From the NCBI GenBank assembly GCA_043228905.1, contig JBHGNT010000014.1, positions 4,898,001 to 4,962,000 on the forward strand: DNA of 64,000 nt, written 5' to 3'. Both the position numbers and the translations under genes were made by a program. Origin of the DNA: Azolla caroliniana (lineage: Eukaryota > Plantae > Polypodiophyta). The notes under the pieces are model-generated. The model was not told where the DNA came from, made no database searches, and was given only the letters and a program-made list of their open reading frames with translations. The stretch's first letter is position 1. Every line of letters starts with the position of its first letter. Positions 12,601 to 25,094 of this stretch are shown in pieces.

Positions 12601-14955
12601 CCGAAGGAAGAAAAGAAGGCAATGGTAGCATTGTTAACAGACTTCAAGGATGTGTTCGCGTGGTCGTACGAAGACATGCGAGGGCTGGACCCCCAGCTCT
12701 ATCAGCACCAAATTCACCTAAGTACGGACGCGAAACCGATTGCTCAATGCAAGTACCGGACGAATCCGAATTATGCGGCAAAGGTGAAGGAGGAAATTGA
12801 TAAGCTCCTCCGGGTCGGAATCGTGACGGAATGGGGAGTAGATCCGGATAAAGTCAAGGCGATTCTCGATGCACCAGCACCAAGTAACGCAAAGGCTTTA
12901 AGCCGGTTCCTGGGCCAAATAAGGTGGCATAGCCGGATGATACGGCACCTCGCGGACTTCGCTACACCGTTACATACCGCCGTACATAGGGTACCCTTCC
13001 TATGGGCAGAGACAGAGGAGGAATCCTACAAAGCGTTGAAGGTTATGCTGTCGCAAGCTCCGGTGGTGCAACCGCCGGATTGGAGTAAAAGCTTTCACGT
13101 CTTCGTCGACGCGTCGGACGTAGCAATCGGCAGCGTTCTGATGCAACTCACAGAGCCGAAATGGTACCGACCGGTGTACTACGCAAGCCGGAAACTCTCA
13201 AAAGCCGAACGGAATTACTCTACGACGGAACGCGAGGCATTGGGAATGGTGTATAGTGTCACAAAGTACAGGCACTATCTGCTCGGAAGGAAGTTTTCCT
13301 TCCATGTCGACCATTCGGCACTACTCTACCTGGTCTCGAAGGCATCCCTGACGGGAAAAATTGCACGGTGGACACTGCTACTACAGGAATTTGAATTCGA
13401 CATTTTCCACCGACCCGGGGCGCAGCATGCGGTAGCGGACTATCTAAGCAGACTCGAATCCGAAGAAGCAGGGGACGGCGTCCAGGATGAGTTTCCCGAC
13501 GCCGAATTGTTCCGGATCACGACGAAACCGGCAACGGATACAACGGTAGCCGACGAAGACACATGGCTAACTGAGATGCACCAGTTCCTGAGCACCGGAG
13601 TTCCCCCGGAGAACATGGACCGCGATGAAAGGAAAAGGGTAGCAGTAAGAAGTAGACATTTCTGCTTGGTTGGAGACACCCTCTATCACAAGGGGGCAGA
13701 TGGTATCTGGAGACGAGCAGTGCGGAGCGATGAGAAGGATCTAATCCTCAGGGAAGCCCACTGTGGAATTGCCGGCGGGCATTATGCCGGCGACGCAACC
13801 GCTCGGAAAATATGGCACAGCGGACTGTGGTGGCCGACCACCCTAAAAGATGCCGTGAAGTATAGCAGAGAATGCGATTTGTGTCAACGACTGGGCCAAC
13901 GCACAGAGCAGGCCCGGATGCCACACCACCCGGTCTTGCCCTTAGAACCGTTTCAAAAGTGGGGGTTGGACTTTGTCGGTCCCTTCAAACCACCGGCAAT
14001 GCGAACCGGAAATCGGTATGTCATAGTGGCGACCAACTATTGCACCAAATGGGTAGAAGCAAAGGCCTTACGGGACAACACGGCCGCGTCCACGACAAAG
14101 TTTCTGTACGAATGCATATGGTGCCGGTATGGATGGCCGATCGAGCTTATAAGTGACCAAGGAGGACATTTTCTCGGGCAGGTAGTAGAAAGCCTGACGT
14201 CATTTTACGCGGTGGTACATAAAAAGAGTACACCCTACTACCCTCAAGCCAATGGACTAGCGGAATCAACGAACAAAACTCTGCAGAACATCCTACGAAA
14301 AATCGTCAACGAGAACCGGACCGACTGGGATACGAAATTGCAAAGCGCGCTATGGGCGTACCGAACAACGTACAAAATCAGCATCCGGACAACCCCGTTC
14401 CGACTAGCATTCGGGTTAGAAGCGGTCATGCCGGTAGAGTTCCAGATCCCCAGCTTACGAATTCAGGTGAAGGAGCGCTTAAGTGAGAACGAGTCCGAAC
14501 GAATCCGGCTGGCAACGCTGTTGGAATTAGAGGAAAACCGAATAGCCAGCTTACTACAACTCGAACTGGAGCAAAGGAGGAGAAAAGCCTTCGTGGACCG
14601 ACACCGGCGTGGCAATGAAAAGGAGTTCGAAGTCGGGAAACCGGTGCTACTATTCCAGACACGGATGGGGAACATGCCGGGAAAGTTGCGGTTTCGATGG
14701 ACAGGACCGTTCTGGATCACCAAGGAGTACAATGGGTCGTATCAGCTCGGCACGTTGTCTGGAGATGTCATCGGCAAGTGGGCAAATGGATTTCGGCTAA
14801 AGCCGTATAAGGGAAATATGCTAGCCAACCCGTTCAAGCGAAACCCGGAAATCCGGCAAGATGAGGAACCGACACCGACAGACGCTGCTGAAGATATTCG
14901 GACCGAGGAAGAACCGACACCGATACTGACGAAGACTATCCCGGAAAACCGATAG
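9607..14955 (+). pseudogene. gag-pol of D (one frame, several stops, RT core missing)
   Basis: Zinc knuckles CTTCLNSGHSTMDC and CVICNSRAHTTDRC, protease IIDGGSGVN, RH FHVFVDASDVAIG..YYASRKL, integrase HHCC and WGLDFVGP..ISDQGGHF..PQANGLAE. No YxDD motif: DKLLRVG joins directly to IVTEWGVDPDKV. Confidence 0.92.
11012..11260 (+). repeat. In-frame tandem duplication (2 x 126 bp) in D gag
   Basis: gatacgctga..agaagagaggcga starts at 11012 and again at 11138. Confidence 0.85.
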
Positions 14956-15434
14956 AAGGATCCGGTATCCACACGAACCGACCCGAACAAATCGGGGGGG
15001 ACCAGAAAATGACGTGGTCCAAGCAAAAAAGAAATAAAAAAAAAAAAAAAAAAAAAAATGACGTGGGCAAAATCGACGCGAATCATCGTAATGATGGGGA
15101 GATCACAAGAGGTGGGAGCGCCACCATGCAACGAAGAGGCGCCATGCATTAAAGAAGGACGTGCGCGGACTTGCTATTTAAAGCATGGAACGTGGGCACT
15201 CACACGCGGCAAACAAGAAAGGACATACTAATTATGGCGGGAGAGGAACATGCGCGGGAAATGAAAAAGGGCGGCTCGAGGCACAACCCACTATATAAGA
15301 CACAGGCCTGCGAAGGGCTCACTTTTTACGAATTTTCCTACATACAGGCGCAGAAGCACAGAAGAGCGACCCGACGCACAGAGCACACACAGCGCGATCC
15401 CGAACAACAGGCAGCAGACGAAGAATTCGGAACA

Positions 15435-18338
15435 ATGGTACTGTCGGAAGAGGCACGCCAATGGATGAGGGAGAACGGGTTAAAAGGATTGCTGCGGATT
15501 GCCGACGCTCCACCACACGCAGAACCAGAGTAGGCGGCAACATCGATCGATATATCAGAAGTCACGGAAGGAGCGGTGCAGGCGCTCACGGGGATCAAAG
15601 CAGGAGGACTTCAAACAATCGAAAACCCTTCTAGTGAAATCCTGTTCGAATATTTCGGGGAATACTCTATCAGCAGCAAGGTGTACTGAACGCAAGGCGG
15701 AGAGAACCTGCTGTTCGGAGAAGTGGCCCGCGCTATGATGGAATACGGATTCGTGAATCCCCGTCCCCCAACCATAGCCAAGTACCGGGCAGCGTTCTTA
15801 ATAGTAGCGTACGAGGGCTTACAAATAGACTGGCTCCATTTCATAACCGAAGGATTGAAGGAGGCCATCAGAAATCTTGTGGAAGGAAAAAAGCCATGGG
15901 CCGGGATAGCACAATGGCTAACGGTGTTAGTCCCACCGGTGCTCCCCATCACACAAAAGAAAAGAGGTCGGCAGGAGACGACGCCGAAAAAGGTCACAAA
16001 GCGCCGACAGATCTTGGAGAAACACACTCCCGGATGGACCCAGCAAGAAGCAGAACAACAGGGGGAAGGACCATCCCGACAGCAACAGGAACCGGCAACA
16101 AAGGCAAAACCGGCAGGTAAAGGCAAAGGGAAAGCGGCCGAGGAGGAACCGGTAGCGCGCAAACCAATCCATATAACGCTGCGACGGCCGGAACTGGAAC
16201 CAGAGGTCTCTAGACAAAAGGTCCGTCTGGTAACCGCACCGGAGGAGGAAACTGAAACAGAAGACTCATCCGAACCACTGGTAAGACTCCCAGCAAGACA
16301 AGGTCGGGAGAAATGGGCGAAAGGACCGGCTCCACCAGTGGACAGAACTCAGCAGAGGGCGCAAGGACCATCTCCAGTAGCCGAGGCGGAAACAACACCA
16401 GAACCCGTACCCAGGGAAGCAGCACCGACACCGGTTGGGCCGGACTTCAGAAAACCGGTCATCCCAGAGAAGAAGAAGGAACAAGCGCCGGAGCCGGAGC
16501 CAGAGAAGAGGCCGGAAAATCAGCCTGGCTTAAGTGAGCAAGGCCACCCCGACACCGGAAGAACAAAGCAACAATAGCTGAGATGGCTTTCGGAGCAGTT
16601 ATCGGGAGTAGCGGACCAGTTAGAGAAAGAAGAAACGTGTAGGCAACAGCTGACGCATACAACAACTCAGGAGTTGGTCGCGCTCCGAACACAGATCGAG
16701 GAAATGCAAGGGGAGCTGTTGCAGGCAAGGGAAGGAATTCAATAAGCACAAGCTGTCACCGAGCCGGTCGGGACAACAAGGAAGCAACCAGAACCGGAAC
16801 CGGAACCGGTAGCCTTGCAAACCGGCCATGAGACCGAAAAAATAATAGAAACCTTACGCGAGGAGTTAAAAGCTCAGGAGGCATTAAGGGAAAGAGAAAG
16901 GGAGCAGCGGAAAGCGGTGGAGGACGACAGACGAAAAATGGAAGAAGGCCTCCGGAAAGGTCGAGCCGCTAATGACCGACTGCAAGAAGAAAAAGAGAAG
17001 CTGCAGAAGGAGAAGGACCGACTACGTCGACATGCTGAGCAAGAGATAGAACGACTGCAGGAAGAACTCCGACAACAGAAGAACTGGGATGATCGGTTAA
17101 GAGCTCAGGCATCCCGACGCCTGAAGCAGAAGACGGAGGACTTCGACCGTCTCTACCGAGATCACAAGCAGGCCGAGTCGGACAACAAAAAACGGGCAAC
17201 AGACTACGACCGGCAAATAGAGAAGCTGAAAGAGCAGCTCAAAGAGACCCGATTAGACCTGGCTAAGGCGATGGATGAGGTCAGTGCCAACAAGGAAGCA
17301 TTGTCGGCGGAAATAGCCCAAGCAACGAAGAGACGGAAGGAATTAGAGGCGCTAAGGCGGGAAAAGCTGGACCTGACCAAGATCAGGAATGAAGAAAAGG
17401 AAAAATCGACCTTCACGATCAGCAAACTGCAGAGTACCTATGAAAAGCAGAAAGCAGATTACGAGGCCCAGGCTCAGATAATGGCTGACATTATAAAACG
17501 GGCAAGGAAGGAAAAGCAGGAAGCTTATGCGCATGCTAAGGCAGGGGTTGACCGGATCAAGCTCATCATGTCAGGATGGAGTACCCGAGCTCAGGCAAGC
17601 ATCAACGAAAGTACGGAAAAGCTATGGAAGGAGTGGTCACGACAGGCAGCCGAGCTGCAGACACTCCGAGCGGATGCCGAGAATCGGAGGAAGACCGGTG
17701 ACAAGTTCTACAAGATGGATGAAGAAAGTATCGTCGCCATTCGGGAAGAATTGTCGGAGGATTTCTACACTTTAGCAGAAGAACACCTCAAAGAAATCCG
17801 AGGGTTAGTAGAGAGGTTGGATGACGGGCAGCTTGCAACTCAGTTGGAGTTGGAGAGATACGAGCAGGACCGATTACGACAGGAAGCTAAGGGAAGAACG
17901 ACGCCAATCACGATAAGTGAGGGAGAGCAACCGGCTGCAGATGAACCAACCGACACCGAACAACCCCGACGAGGAATACCCGAAGACGAACTTGAAGAAG
18001 AGCAGGAGCAGACCGATGCCGGAGAAGAAGAAGAGCTGAGACCGGAAGACACCAAAGCAGAGGAAGGAGGCATATCGAGTCGACCAGTCGAGACCGGAGA
18101 AAGCGACACCGGTAACAGAACAGAGCCAGGAACGGAGGGAGAACAGGAAGAACCCGGACGAAGCGGTGAGGAAGCACCGGCACCACAGAATCAAGCAGAG
18201 CCGGAGCAGCAAATTTTTACGGAACAGCCTACCCAACCGGGGGTCGGAGACCAGGCAGGCAAGGAACAGGAACAGGAGGAAGAAGCACCACTGGACACCA
18301 TCGAGCAAAGTGTGCTCGATATTTTAGAGGAAGACTGA
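15435..18338 (+). pseudogene. Extra 3' ORF of D (~970 codons: N-terminal globular domain, Pro/Glu linker, coiled coil, acidic tail)
   Basis: ORFs 15171-15533, 15723-16577 and 16815-18338 share one frame. Homologous to the extra ORF of I. Upstream TATA-like CTATATAAG at ~15291. Confidence 0.8.
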
Positions 18339-18370
18339 GGCCGGGAGTGGATTCGAAGTGCAAGGCACTT

Positions 18371-18386
18371 TCCCACGGGCGTGCCA
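18371..18386 (-). promoter_or_regulatory. Inverted tRNA-Arg PBS-like site at the PPT position of D
   Basis: TCCCACGGGCGTGCCA 2 nt before the 3' LTR; no polypurine run is present. Confidence 0.7.
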
Positions 18387-18388
18387 TG

Positions 18389-18778
18389 TGTTGGCCGGTC
18401 AGAAGAGCAAGGACAAGTGGGAAGGCGGAATCGGATCGGATAATAGGAAGTAAATAATAGTAGAATTATTATTCGGAGGGACGGATTCGGTACAGTTGTA
18501 CCGATCCGGATCCGAACCGATTCGGATGTCGGTTGCCTAAGCGCACCGATTGTAACCTTGCCGGATGCCTATAAAAGGATCCGATGATTTGTAAAGTGTT
18601 TTGACGGTAGTAATACAATAGTATTTAATGCGTATTTATCTGTATCTCGTATTGTTTACCGTCTGTGCTTAATTGTAATCATCTTATGCGTGTAACCTAG
18701 CATCCAATCCTTACCACCCCTTTGGAGAAGTGTCGGATAGACACCTGTGTTGAGGCTAGTCCGGCCAGACAGACAACA
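18389..18778 (+). repeat. 3' LTR of D
   Basis: Matches the 5' LTR and is followed by CTAT, as the 5' LTR is. Confidence 0.95.
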
Positions 18779-18782
18779 CTAT

Positions 18783-21672
18783 CCCTTATGGGGAATGAAT
18801 GAAAAATGAATCATTTCTCTCTATCTATCTCTCTTTTCATCTCTCTCTCTCTCTCTTCCCTCCCCTTAACGTTGAACCCCCTTGGGAGGGGGGTGGAGCC
18901 ATTCTAGGCACCATCCCCCACCCCGCAATGCTTCTCAATGCACATGATCTCTCTCGTCATCAATCCCATACTCTCCATCATCATCATAACCACCATGTAT
19001 ATCTTTATCATGATTATCATCGTCCTTAACCCTAGCCCTAAAACATACAACACCTTTTGGCGACCACGATGGCGACCCCCCTTTGGAGACGGAGTTGAAG
19101 AATGATACGCGACAATGTGAGGCATAGTGATGATGATATGTAAGAGATGTCCGGGTAATGATGGCGATATGCAGCAAAAGGTGGAAGAAATCAGAAATGG
19201 AAGATTGACAAGATTGACTGCTGCACAATTCTACAACAAATTAATCTCTATATGTGAATGTTTTGTGTGGTCTGTTTTTGCCCTAAATGTCCGAGAAATG
19301 TTGGCCAAGATGTACAAAAACGGTGTCAATGCATGAGTGGAAGTTGCAAAACAAGTTGCAAAAGGATGGCGTTACATGAGTGTGCGAGAATGGAAATGAC
19401 AATGTGCAAATGTGCGGTTAGCAGCAACGTGTGCGTGTTCCAAGGAGACTGTGGAGGAAGACGCAATGTGTGGAGCGTGGGCCAGCAAGATGTGCGGTAC
19501 CGGAATGGGACGTGTTCACAGTTTCCAGTTTCCAGAGAAGCAACGCGGAAAAAGTTGGAACCAGAACAAGCGTTGGTTGGCACCGAAGCGGCCGTAATGG
19601 CCGGGCGGCCGTCAGAGTAGACAGAGCCGAAACAACAACAATGACGCCGAAAAGCGACGAACGAAGAGACAACCGTCAGATATCAACGGCTGACATTTGG
19701 ATGACGACTGAACAGACCGGCCACGCGACTGCAGACCGGCCGGACAGGGCCGACAAAGATGAGAGAGGCTTCAGGAACGGTCATCACCAACCGACAGCAG
19801 CCGGAGCGGCCGGAGGGCCGGACAAGGTCAGCGAAGCAAACAGGCCGCCAGGATGACGGACGGTGTCGGACGACGACGAAACCGACAGAGACGGTGATGG
19901 AGTCCGCAACGGAGGCAGCCGGAGCAACCGAGAGCCGAGGAGCGGCCAAAGCGACCGGAATAGCCAACCAATGGCCGGAGTGGCCAGATAGGCCCGGACA
20001 GAGACGGAACCGGCCAGAGCGATGGCGGTGGCTGAACAATCGACGACCGGATCGGAGATGACGCTGAAACGAAGGGCCAAACAGACACACACAACAACAA
20101 ACGAGGCATAAATGGACAGAGACGAAAACCGGTTGAAAGGAGATACACCAATATGTAGATGGAGACAACCGCGGATGCAGGACCAGAAGGACAAGCAATC
20201 AAAGAGCGGTCGGAACAACGATGATGACGGCAAAACAAGGGCAGCCACCGGAAAGGAGCCGGTTGCGGTCGAGGCGGCTGAAATGCACAGAAATGGCCGA
20301 AATGCAGCCGGAATGGCCAGAGTGGCTGAAATGCGCCCAGAAAGGCTGGACAACTGACGCCAAAAGAACGGGCCGAATAGTATCAGCGACAGATAGAGGA
20401 GCGGTGACAACCAACGGTCACGAGTGGCCGATAGACGACAGAGACAAAGAAATGGAGATAGTGACGGAGAGACCATGGAATGAGAGAAGGAACTAGAACA
20501 CACAGAGAAGAAAGTAGAGAGTATAGAAGAGAAGGCAGAGAAGGCTTAAGACAGAGGATGGAGAAAAATGAGCAAGGAAGAGGAAGACAAATACAGAAGA
20601 ACAACAGAAGAAGAGAGGAGAGACAGGAAGGCAAGTAGAGAAGCGGGAAAAGAAAACAGAAAGAAAGAGGAAGAAGAGGCAAGAAAAAGAAAAAGACAAA
20701 AACGGAAAAAAAGAGGGAAAAAGAGAACGATAAGGGGCATTCGAGGAGTTTTGAAAACTTGAGGGCATTCGAAGAATTTCGAAAAACATGATGGCATTGA
20801 AAAAATAAAATAAAAATTTTTAATTTTTAATTTAAAAATCAAAGGGCACATACAAAATTTTGAAAACTCATCCACCTAAAGAAATGGACGTGATCGACCA
20901 TACACAACTCAAAATAAAGGAAGAACACACATACATACAACATATTTTTGACGACCCAAATGATTTTACGAAGTTCGTAAGTCGACAGAACGAGAATGTT
21001 CGTGTCGCAGAAGATTTGCTGACCGACAAATGTGTTTGAGTCAAGCATTCCGATCGAGGGAGTCGATCGTTGAAAGGACCGATGGAAGTTCCGGTCAAAG
21101 AAATATCATCATCGAGGCATGTGGGATCGACGTGCAAGGCACTTTCCCACGGGCGTGCCATATTGTGTTACCTCGTACGAGATGTACGGAGAGTCAAGTG
21201 TGATGAGCGAGGGTCGAATGTTATCATAATGTTGTGTATGTGTAGGGGGCATAAATGTAATTGTGAGTCAATACATATGTGAATACATGCACACGTGTGT
21301 GCATGTGGATGGATACGAGGAGGTATGAGTGAGTGTCCAGTATGAATGCTCTAGGGGGCTTACACCCCTTTGTATCTACCCCCTCTTGTACTATTTAACC
21401 CCCTTATGGGGAATGAATGAAAAATGAATCATTTCTCTCTATCTATCTCTCTTTTCATCTCTCTCTCTCTCTCTCTTCCCTCCCCTTAACGTTGAACCCC
21501 CTTGGGAGGGGGGTGGAGCCATTCTAGGCACCACCCCCCACCCCGCAATGCTTCTCAATGCACATGATCTCTCTCGCCATCAATCCCATACTCTCCATCA
21601 TCATCATAACCACCATGTATATCTTTATCATGATTATCATCGTCCTTAACCCTAGCCCTAAAACATACAACA
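18783..21672 (+). mobile_element. Non-autonomous LTR element E (truncated 5' LTR 18783-19052; 3' LTR 21166-21672)
   Basis: LTR pair, PBS TGGCGACCAC at 19058, no gag/pol motifs, 3' motif shared with D at 21145-21160; same family as E2. Confidence 0.9.
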
Positions 21673-24600
21673 ACGTGAATCGGCTTCCACAAGCCGACAA
21701 CTCACGAATTACGCGCACAATTCTGACTACGAAGAGTATAGCGGAATGTACGGGCACAACTCCGACTACGAAGATCGTAGCGGAATGTATGCACACAACT
21801 TCGACCGTGGTGGAATGTTCATAATGAAACATAGAGCAAACTCTATGTCGGCCAGTACCTCAACTAGTGCCTCCGGTCCGGAAGACGTATGGTTCGTCGA
21901 TTCCGGTGCCTCGAACCATATGACATCGCATCAAGAATGGTTCTGAGAACTTCGAGAGCCGAACCGACTCTACACACCCGATTTGGCACATCGGCAATGT
22001 TCCGTTGGGAAAAGAAGGTAAGCAAAATTACATTAAAAATGTCTTGCATGTACCGACCATTACGAAGAATTTGGTCTCCGTCGGCCAAATTGTAGAGCAA
22101 GGGATGCAAGTTTGATTTAATCAAGGTGGTTGCTTCATCGAAAAAGAGGGCCGACTCATCGCACGCGGATGAAGAGAGGGTCGGATGTTCATTCTTGATT
22201 CACGCGAGATGAAATCCGCCATGTTCGCGAAAAACACGAAAGCCGACTCCGACATAGAACTATGGCACAAGCGAATCGGCCACATCAATCTCAACAAACT
22301 CAAAGCAATGAAATCGAAAGGAGTCGTCATCGGACTCCCGACATTCAAAGAGAAGGAGATTGAAGGTGTATGCAAAGCGTGCCAATTCGGCAAGCAACAC
22401 CAACACCCATTCCTGAAAGAGCGGAACATGAGCAAAGGTCTACTCGACGTAGTCCATTCCGACGTATGGGGACCGGCGCAGACGGCTACATTCGGCGGAT
22501 GCCGATATTACGTGCTCTTCATCGACGACTTCTCTAGGCACACTTGGATCTACTCGATGCGGCAAAAGAGCGAAGTGTTCAGACACTTCCAAAATTTCAA
22601 GAATGAAGTCGAGAAAGCCACGGGCCGACATGTACGATGCCTTTGATCGGATGGTGGCAAGGAGTACTTCTCGGACGATTTCACGGCGTATCTTCGAAAG
22701 GAAGGAATTCAGCGAGAATTCACTTGCCGACACACTCCGCAACAAAATGGAGTAGCCGAGCGCAAAAATCGGCACATCCTCGAAGTAGCGCGAGCCATGA
22801 TGAACGAGAAGCATATGCCCAAGTCATATTGGGCCGAAGCTGCAAATACGGCCGTCTACCTAATGAACCGGTGCACAACATCCGGCGTGCACGAGGTCAC
22901 TCTACACGAAAAATACTTCGGAAAGAAGCCGAACTTATCGCACATTCGGATATTCAGCGCGATAGCGTACGTACACATCCCCAACGAGAAGCGTCAAAAG
23001 CTTGACCCGAAGTCAGAGAAATGTATCCTCGTAGGATACTCATTGGAGCAAAAAGGGTACAAGTGCTACAACCCCTCAACTCGAAAATCTCGAGTAAGTC
23101 GAGACGTCGTTTTTGACGAGTCCGCATCCTGGTACGCACCAGAGACAACTTCACATCCGCTCAACCCGGAATTTGTCGAACAAGAGATTGAGGATGAAGA
23201 TCGCCCTACGCGCATGATTGAAGAAAGTCCGATCACGACCCGACTGAGCGGACCACAAGAGCCTTTGAGCGATCAAAGCACATCACGGGCTAACCCGAAG
23301 ATGGACAAAGGCAAGGCGAAAATGGCGGAATACGAAGACGATCGCTTTGACGACGGTGAATCGACTCACTCACTCGACAGTGAGTTCGATGGCTTCGATG
23401 TACCAATTGGAGCTAAGAAATCCCTCATCTCTGCAAATGAAAAGCTCCGCCGATCTACTCGTGAAAAGAACCCCGTAAGTCGTTTTGGCTACAACGATTA
23501 TATGGCGTACCATTACGCCTTTATGATGAAGGTAGCGACAGTACGGGAGCCGGAAACCTTTTCGGAAGCCGCGAAGGACCCGCGATGGATCGAAGCAATG
23601 AACGAGGAGATGCATGTAGTACGGAAGAATGAGACGTGGGATCTCGTTCCCACCTCACCACACAAAAAGGCGATCGGATGCAGATGGATCTACTAGGTGA
23701 AGTATACCGCCGATGGCTTCGTAAACCGCTACAAAGCTCGACTCGTAGCGAAAGGATACGCTCAGACGCATGGCGTCGACTATGAAGAGACTTTTGCCTC
23801 GGTGGCAAAGATGACGACGATGTAGACCGTAATTGAGATTGCCGCGGCAAAAGGGTGGCACCTCCATCAAATAGACGTCAAGAACGCCTTTCTACAAGGC
23901 AAATTAGAAGAGGAGGTGTACATGATCCAACCACCCGGCTTCAACTCGAGCACCCATCTGAAAGCTATTTGCTGACTCAAGAAGCCACTCTACGGCCTCA
24001 AGCAAGCATCGCGTGCTTGGCATTCGAAGGTAACGCAATATCTTCATCAAATCGGCTTCCGTATGTCAAAATCGGACAACTCCCTCTACATACGAAGCGA
24101 TTCCGCTAGTCCGATCGTCATCATCTTATATGTGGATGACCTAGTCATTGGAGGTGAGCATCTCGTCGAAATCAATAAAGTCAAATCCCTCCTTTCCGAC
24201 AAGTTCGAGATGACGGACATGAAGGAGCTCCACTACTTCCTCGTCATCGAGGTAATTCGGACTCCGGCCGGAATCATGATCTGTCAACGACACTACATCC
24301 TCAACTTGTTATACAAGTTCGGGATGGCTGAGTGCAAATCCATGGCAACCCCGCTCGATCATAATCTCAAACTAGATGCGAACTCCGGCACCAAAGCGTG
24401 TGAGCCAACTGAGTATCGGCAACTCATCGGGAGTCTCATCTACCTCACGATCACTCAACCCGATCTCAGTTATCCGGTCAGTCTCCTTAGCCAATTCATG
24501 CAAACACCGCATGATACTTACTTGGATTGCGCTAAGCGAGTTCTACGATACGTGAGCGGCACAATGGATTGCGGCATCCTCTACAAGACCGCGATGCCAA

Positions 24601-25094
24601 TACGACTCGAGGGGTACACCGACGCCGATTGGGCCGGCTACAAAGTCGATAGATGATCAACCTCCGGATTTGTTTTCTCCTGGAGTAGCAAGAAGCAGCC
24701 TACCGTCGCTCTTTCAAGTACGGAGGCGGAATACAGGGGCGAAGCCGTAGCTGCATGTGAAGCCGTATGGCTCAAGAGGATTTTGAAGGATCTAGGCATA
24801 CCCATCAAGGATCCGACTTCCCTTTACTACGACAACATGAGTAGTATCTATCTGGCTTGGAACCCGATGTTCCACGCGCGGACAAAGCACATCGAAGTGC
24901 ACTATCACTTCATCCGAGAGCGCGTTATAGATGGCGATGTCGACCTACAACATATTAGCACCGATCTTCAAATGGCCGACATCTTCACTAAAGCCTTAGG
25001 AGCTGACAAGCTGTGGCAATTCATGACCGATCTCGTATTGACGATCCCTGACTTGCCAAGCTTGAGGGGGAGTACTGAAGACATTACGCAATAA
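21673..25094 (+). pseudogene. Copia C pol (PR, INT, RT, RH; disrupted)
   Basis: WFVDSGASNH, VVHSDVWGPA, IILYVDDL, GYTDADWAG, HARTKHIEVHYH. The host frame KKMR|ESASTS is restored across the D+E insertion. Confidence 0.93.

Larger units (their letters stand above)
9165..18778 (+). mobile_element. Non-chromovirus Ty3/gypsy element D (Athila/Tat-like) with deleted RT and an extra 3' ORF
   Basis: Apparently identical 390-bp LTRs (9165-9554, 18389-18778). PBS TGGCGACCAC at 9561. gag-PR-RH-INT order. Confidence 0.95.

Noticed and set aside
16815-18338. Host coiled-coil gene or retroviral env
   Set aside because: It lies between pol and the 3' LTR with a homolog at the same position in I, and has no signal peptide or transmembrane helix.
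18389-18778. Assembly duplication of 9165-9554
   Set aside because: The identity is confined to the TG..CA unit plus a few bases, with a PBS after the first copy, as expected for LTRs.
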